From Clostridia bacterium (GTDB taxonomy: Bacteria; Bacillota; Clostridia; HGM11514): 54,317 bases of DNA. The notes below the pieces were generated by a model. That model made no database searches. It had not been told where the DNA came from and was given only the letters and a program-made list of their open reading frames with translations. Where the stretch lies: positions 1 to 54,317 of the forward strand of contig JAZNAU010000027.1 of NCBI GenBank assembly GCA_045586685.1. The letters are read 5' to 3'. Each line of letters begins with the position of its first letter. Position 1 is the stretch's first letter. This document shows positions 49,771 to 54,317 of this stretch, in pieces. A program made the position numbers and the translations under genes.

Positions 49771-50444
49771 ATACGTTGATTTCTGCTGCTCAACAAGGGG
49801 ATACTTCGGCATTAGAGAAACTGGTAATAGAAAACAGCGGATTAGTCTATACTGTTTTAAAACGATTTTTAAATCGGGGACAGTCGAAAGACGATTTGTA
49901 TCAAATTGGATGTATCGGACTGATAAAGGCAATCAAACAGTTTGATTTGTCACTGGGGTTACAGTTTTCTACATATGCTGTTCCGTTAATCATCGGTGAA
50001 CTGAAACAGTTTTTTCGGGATGATACCATGATAAAAGTAAGCCGAAACTGGCAATCTATCGCATATAAAGCATCCCATCTTCGTGAGGAAGAAAAGAAAA
50101 AAACGGGCAAGGAATTATCGGTTTCAGAATTGGCAATGCAAATACAAGTATCAACCGAAGAATTGATTTTAGCCATGGATGCTTGCCGATACCCTGAATC
50201 CTTGGATGGTTCATCAGAAATCAACAATTTACCCGGAGAATGGTTTCCTTTCAACGAATTGATTGACCGTATTGCGGTGAAAGAGGCAGTTGCTATGTTG
50301 GACCAAGAGGAACAAAAAATAATCCTCTTACGGTATTTTCGTCAAAAATCCCAAAAGGATACGGGTGAGATTCTTTCTTTTTCTCAAGCACATATTTCAC
50401 GGCTTGAGAAAAAAATATTAAGCAAACTAAAGGAAATTCTTTGA
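49767..50444 (+). CDS. sigF: RNA polymerase sporulation sigma factor F
   Basis: DDL.QIG.IGLIKA, FSTYAVP.I.GE, IKVSR, LRYF...Q, SQ..ISRLEKKI; third gene of spoIIA. Confidence 0.9.
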   Translation: MNTLISAAQQGDTSALEKLVIENSGLVYTVLKRFLNRGQSKDDLYQIGCIGLIKAIKQFDLSLGLQFSTYAVPLIIGELKQFFRDDTMIKVSRNWQSIAYKASHLREEEKKKTGKELSVSELAMQIQVSTEELILAMDACRYPESLDGSSEINNLPGEWFPFNELIDRIAVKEAVAMLDQEEQKIILLRYFRQKSQKDTGEILSFSQAHISRLEKKILSKLKEIL

Positions 50445-50469
50445 CTGTTGTCTATTCTTGTGATATAAT
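50441..50469 (+). promoter_or_regulatory. sigA promoter for pgm
   Basis: TTGACT-N17-TATAAT with extended TG; overlaps the sigF stop codon. Confidence 0.75.
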
Positions 50470-50491
50470 AAAAAAGAGAGGAGTGTTCAAT

Positions 50492-52189
50492 ATGAATCAG
50501 ATAAATGAAATTTATCGGTATTGGCTTTCAAACGGAAACGATGAAACTGTTTCTGAATTGAATCAAATTTCATCAGATGAAACAGAAATAAAAGAACGGT
50601 TTTACCGCAATCTTGAGTTTGGTACGGGAGGCTTGCGTGGTGTAATCGGCGCAGGAACCAACCGAATAAATGTATATACTGTTCGTCGGGCAACCCAAGC
50701 CTTAGCAAATTATTTAATCAATCAAGGGGAAGGGGATAAGGGTGTTTGTATCTCTTACGATTCCAGAAAATATTCCGATTTATTTGCTCGGGAAACCGCT
50801 TGTGTGTTAGCGGCAAACGGAATTAAAGCATATCTTTCCGATACTTTAAGACCGGTACCGTTTCTTTCTTATTCTGTATTGCATTTCCAAGCTGCTGCAG
50901 GGGTTATGATTACCGCCAGCCACAATCCGCCCAAATATAACGGATACAAAGCATATTGCTCTACGGGTGAGCAAATTTCTCCCGAAATGGCAAATGAAAT
51001 CATGAAATATATTACGAAAATTGATATTTTTTCTGACGTAAAAACCATGAATCTGGAGCAGGCTGTTTCAGAAGGAATGGTCACTATGGTCGGAAAAGAT
51101 GTAGAAGATACTTACTTAAAATGCGTATTACAGCAGCAAAAGAATCCAGATATTGCAAAACATACGGATTTGAAAATTGTGTATACTCCTTTGCATGGTT
51201 CAGGCAATATTCCTGTAAGACGGGCATTAGAAATGGCAGGCTTTTCAAATGTACTGGTGGTATCAGAACAAGAACTTCCGGATCCTGCGTTTTCTACTGT
51301 AAAATCACCTAATCCGGAAGAAAAAGAAGGATTTCGGCTTGCCATTGACTTAGCTGATAAAGAAGGAGCAGACTTAATTATCGGAACTGACCCTGATTGT
51401 GACCGAGTAGGCGCTTTGGTAAGAGATTATAATGGCAGTTTTCGGGTGTTGAACGGAAATCAAACCGGAGTTATTTTGTTAAATTACGTTCTTTCTAACA
51501 GTACATTACCGAAAAATGGTGCCGTCATTAAAACCATTGTAACCACTTATATGGCGAATGCTATTTGCAAATCATATGGCGTTACTGTTATGGACGTGTT
51601 AACCGGATTTAAATTTATCGGTGAAAAAATTAAGGAATTTGAAAAGACTAAGGAATATACCTATCTGTTCGGTTTTGAAGAAAGCTATGGTTATTTAAGC
51701 GGAACTTATACACGTGATAAGGATGCTGTTTTAGCGTCTCTGTTAATTGCCGAAGCAGCCGCATATTATCGTTCAAAGGGTCAATCTTTATTGGATGTGT
51801 TACAGAGCTTATATCGTCAATACGGAGCCTATCAGGAAGGCTTGCAGTCTGTTACTATGGAAGGCATGGAGGGACTTGAAAAAATTAAAGCAATTACTCA
51901 TGGACTTCGTCAAAATCCTCCCGCTGAAATTAACGGTGTTTCCATCATTTCCAGAGAAGATTATCTGGAAAGCAAGAGAGTGGATCAAAATGGCATCTCT
52001 GAGATTCATTTACCAAAATCCGATGTTTTGCGATTTGAATTGAAAGATGGTTCTAGTTTTGTTGTCCGTCCTTCCGGAACAGAGCCTAAAATTAAATTGT
52101 ACTTTGCAGTCATTGGTGATGAAGAAAAAGATGCCATTTCAAAACTGAATGAATTCCAAAAGAATGTTGTAAATGCTGTGTTGAAGTAA
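50492..52189 (+). CDS. pgm: phosphoglucomutase/phosphomannomutase
   Basis: LEFGTGGLRG, TASHNP, DPDCDR, GFEES, RPSGTEPK. Start ATG 50492 after GAGGAG. Confidence 0.93.
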   Translation: MNQINEIYRYWLSNGNDETVSELNQISSDETEIKERFYRNLEFGTGGLRGVIGAGTNRINVYTVRRATQALANYLINQGEGDKGVCISYDSRKYSDLFARETACVLAANGIKAYLSDTLRPVPFLSYSVLHFQAAAGVMITASHNPPKYNGYKAYCSTGEQISPEMANEIMKYITKIDIFSDVKTMNLEQAVSEGMVTMVGKDVEDTYLKCVLQQQKNPDIAKHTDLKIVYTPLHGSGNIPVRRALEMAGFSNVLVVSEQELPDPAFSTVKSPNPEEKEGFRLAIDLADKEGADLIIGTDPDCDRVGALVRDYNGSFRVLNGNQTGVILLNYVLSNSTLPKNGAVIKTIVTTYMANAICKSYGVTVMDVLTGFKFIGEKIKEFEKTKEYTYLFGFEESYGYLSGTYTRDKDAVLASLLIAEAAAYYRSKGQSLLDVLQSLYRQYGAYQEGLQSVTMEGMEGLEKIKAITHGLRQNPPAEINGVSIISREDYLESKRVDQNGISEIHLPKSDVLRFELKDGSSFVVRPSGTEPKIKLYFAVIGDEEKDAISKLNEFQKNVVNAVLK

Positions 52190-52196
52190 AAATAGT

Positions 52197-52234
52197 AAAG
52201 CTCTGTGAGAGATTATCACAGAGCTTTTCGTTTT
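52197..52234 (+). terminator. intrinsic terminator after pgm
   Basis: AAAGCTCTGTGA-gagatta-TCACAGAGCTTT followed by TCGTTTT. Confidence 0.85.
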
Positions 52235-52244
52235 ATAAAACATA

Positions 52245-52280
52245 GCTGTAGCAAATAAAACATTTTGCTACAGCCACTCC
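52245..52280. repeat. copy 2 of dispersed GCTGTAGCAAA palindrome
   Basis: GCTGTAGCAAA-taaaacat-TTTGCTACAGC; shares CATTTTGCTACAGCC exactly with 14856-14870. Confidence 0.8.
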
Positions 52281-52284
52281 ATTA

Positions 52285-53754
52285 TTACAGGATAATACAA
52301 ATCAATCCGCCGTTTCCTTCGTTTATTATCTTTTGCAAGGTTTCTTGCAATTTTCCTCTTGCATCTTCAGGCATTCTGGAAAGTTTCGTTTGCAATCCTT
52401 CATTTACCAGCTCGTGAAGCGATTTTCCAAAAATGTTTGATTCCCATATTTTTTGTGGGTCGACTTCAAATTCTTTTAAAAGGGAGTGTACCAGTTCTTC
52501 AGATTGTTTCTCGGTTCCGACGATTGGACTTACTTCTGTTTCAATATTTGCTCTGATCATATGTATACTTGGTGCCTCTGCCCTCAAACGAACGCCAAAC
52601 CTTGTTCCTTGACGGACAATTTCCGGTTCATCCAAAGAGAGTTCTTCAATACAGGGGGATACAATACCATATCCGGTTCGATTGACTTCTTCCAAAGCAT
52701 AAGAAACTTTATCATATTTTTTCTTAATATCCGATAAGGTTTCCATCATTTTAAGCAGACTGTATTCATCATTGATTTCCAAATCAGAACGCTGACTCAA
52801 CACTTGATAAAACAGGCTTTCACAGGTTATGGCGGTGGCTCCGATTTTTCCTTTTGCTAAATCTGCTCTGGAAACTGAAATATCTTTTAAATATTCACAG
52901 GATTTTAGTTGTTCAACTGCTTGATAGACATCACTTATTTTTGTTGCAGATTCAATAGAGGTTGTAATTTCTTGATATAAGCCTTGTTTGATTGGGTGAT
53001 CATTTTCCAAACACTCTATCCATTTAGGTAAGTAAAAGGAAATTTCCACAACAGGAAATTCAAATAAAATTGTTTTCATAATGCTGTGAATATCTTCCAA
53101 TTCCATTGTTGCACAGTTAATCGGCAGAACAGGGGAGCGATATTGTTGTTCCAATTCATTTTTTAATTCTAATGTTTTTGGACTGTGGGGATGAGTTGAA
53201 TTCAACAAGATCACGAAAGGTTTTTTCATTTCCTGTAATTCTGCAACCACTCTTTGTTCAGCATCAATATAATCTTCTCGGGGAATTTCGCTGATACTTC
53301 CGTCTGTTGTTATCATCAAACCAATGGTGGAATGTTCGCAAATTACCTTTTTTGTCCCTAATTCTGCTGCTTGTGCAAAGGGAATAGGGGAGTCATACCA
53401 CGGAGTGGAAACCATTCGCGGCTGATCATTTTCAATATGCCCCAAGGCACTGTCCACAATATATCCTACACAATCAATCATTCTAACCTGAAATACAGAG
53501 TTATCTCCTAAATTGATTTCTACCGCTTCGTTTGGTACAAATTTCGGCTCTGTGGTCATAATGGTTTTTCCGCCTGCACTTTGAGGAAGTTCATCTCTGG
53601 CACGTTCTCTCTGGTAGGCATTTTCGATATTAGGAAGAACCAAGGAATCCATAAATCGTTTGATAAAAGTTGACTTTCCCGTGCGGACAGGTCCAACAAC
53701 CCCTACATAAATATTTCCATCTGTTCGTTCCGCTATATCCTGATAAATATTCAT
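52285..53754 (-). CDS. spoIVA: stage IV sporulation protein A
   Basis: GVVGPVRTGKSTFIKRF, DELPQS..GKTIMTTEPKFVP, DCVGY, C-terminal INEG.GGLICIIL. Confidence 0.98.
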   Translation of the reverse strand: MNIYQDIAERTDGNIYVGVVGPVRTGKSTFIKRFMDSLVLPNIENAYQRERARDELPQSAGGKTIMTTEPKFVPNEAVEINLGDNSVFQVRMIDCVGYIVDSALGHIENDQPRMVSTPWYDSPIPFAQAAELGTKKVICEHSTIGLMITTDGSISEIPREDYIDAEQRVVAELQEMKKPFVILLNSTHPHSPKTLELKNELEQQYRSPVLPINCATMELEDIHSIMKTILFEFPVVEISFYLPKWIECLENDHPIKQGLYQEITTSIESATKISDVYQAVEQLKSCEYLKDISVSRADLAKGKIGATAITCESLFYQVLSQRSDLEINDEYSLLKMMETLSDIKKKYDKVSYALEEVNRTGYGIVSPCIEELSLDEPEIVRQGTRFGVRLRAEAPSIHMIRANIETEVSPIVGTEKQSEELVHSLLKEFEVDPQKIWESNIFGKSLHELVNEGLQTKLSRMPEDARGKLQETLQKIINEGNGGLICIIL

Positions 53755-53785
53755 AGCTGTACCTCCTTACAGATTGTTTGTACAT

Positions 53786-53813
53786 ATATATGAACAGGCT
53801 GTTTTGTTTATGC
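53786..53813 (-). promoter_or_regulatory. sigE promoter of spoIVA
   Basis: Minus strand reads gcATA-N16-CATATAT, followed by SD AGGAGG; spoIVA is an established sigE target. Confidence 0.75.
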
Positions 53814-53874
53814 AGGAAAATCAATCATATTTTTAATGACCGGGGGAATAGTAATAGAAAAGAGGTGACAAATA

Positions 53875-54317
53875 GTGGGAAATATTATTTCTTATGTACA
53901 GGAAAAAGGGAATTTTTCTTTTGATGAATTGGAATTTAATGAAGTTGACAGTTTAGTTTTATCTCAGCTTTCCTATTTGGATTTTCAAAACACAAAAGCT
54001 GTACAAAAAAATTTTGAGGTTACATTTTCTGATTTAAAAGAAAAGGATATTGAATCTTTTTCAAAGGAAACCTTATTTCCTGATAAAAATAAAGAATTAT
54101 TTATGAATGTCATTGTAAGTAAGCGGTTTGGAGCGATTTATCTTGGTTATTACACTCACAATCATGACCTTGAAAACGAAAAACAATTTGCCGCCATTAC
54201 CTTTCGTTTAAAAAAGAATTTATATTATGTTACCTATCGCGGAACTGATGGAAGCTTTGTGGGATGGAAAGAAGATTTTAATCTTTCTTTTTTGAAAAAT
54301 ATTCCTGCCCAGTCAGA
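53875..54317 (+). CDS. DUF2974 (Mbeg1-like) lipase-fold protein, 3' truncated
   Basis: Not in the ORF track. GTG after GAGGTG; reads MGNIISYVQEKGNFSFDELEFNEVDSLVLSQLSY...QFAAITF...YRGTDGSFVGWKEDFN. Confidence 0.88.
   Translation, partial: MGNIISYVQEKGNFSFDELEFNEVDSLVLSQLSYLDFQNTKAVQKNFEVTFSDLKEKDIESFSKETLFPDKNKELFMNVIVSKRFGAIYLGYYTHNHDLENEKQFAAITFRLKKNLYYVTYRGTDGSFVGWKEDFNLSFLKNIPAQS

Overview
AT-rich, very gene-dense chromosomal segment from an endospore-forming Clostridia-class bacterium (spoIIAA-spoIIAB-sigF, spoIVA, tepA), with almost all genes on the + strand. In order: 3' part of ligA, a solo phage-type VRR-NUC nuclease, a MATE pump and tepA; a cell-wall-polymer operon (murJ, O-antigen-ligase-like, GT4, two DUF4330) running into nnr-alr; mazEF; a probable sporulation hypothetical; a glyoxalase; a minus-strand glucose-family PTS operon (EIICBA-HPr-EI); DUF1385-prmC-mscL and a Derlin/rhomboid-like protein; an ~18 kb near-gapless run lon-engB-hisS-aspS-GldA/F/G-like ABC-DUF4340-ligase/TPR-wzm-wzt-coiled-coil-2xGT4-mnmA-tadA; DUF4364; TIGR01212-like radical SAM; rlmB-ACT-DUF711 followed by an orphan RiPP-like cassette (PqqD/RRE, S26 peptidase, ABC exporter, HprK-like kinase; no precursor or cyclase) and folC; spoIIA; pgm; spoIVA; the start of a DUF2974 gene. 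I saw no rRNA, tRNA, CRISPR array or transposase. Best candidates for undescribed biology: the precursor-less RRE/S26/ABC/kinase cassette, the Derlin-like Zn-finger pseudoprotease beside lon, the Gld-like ABC coupled to a glycosylation module, and a PTS operon with a sigG-like promoter and an HPr lacking Ser46. All family calls are by motif recognition; no database search was run.
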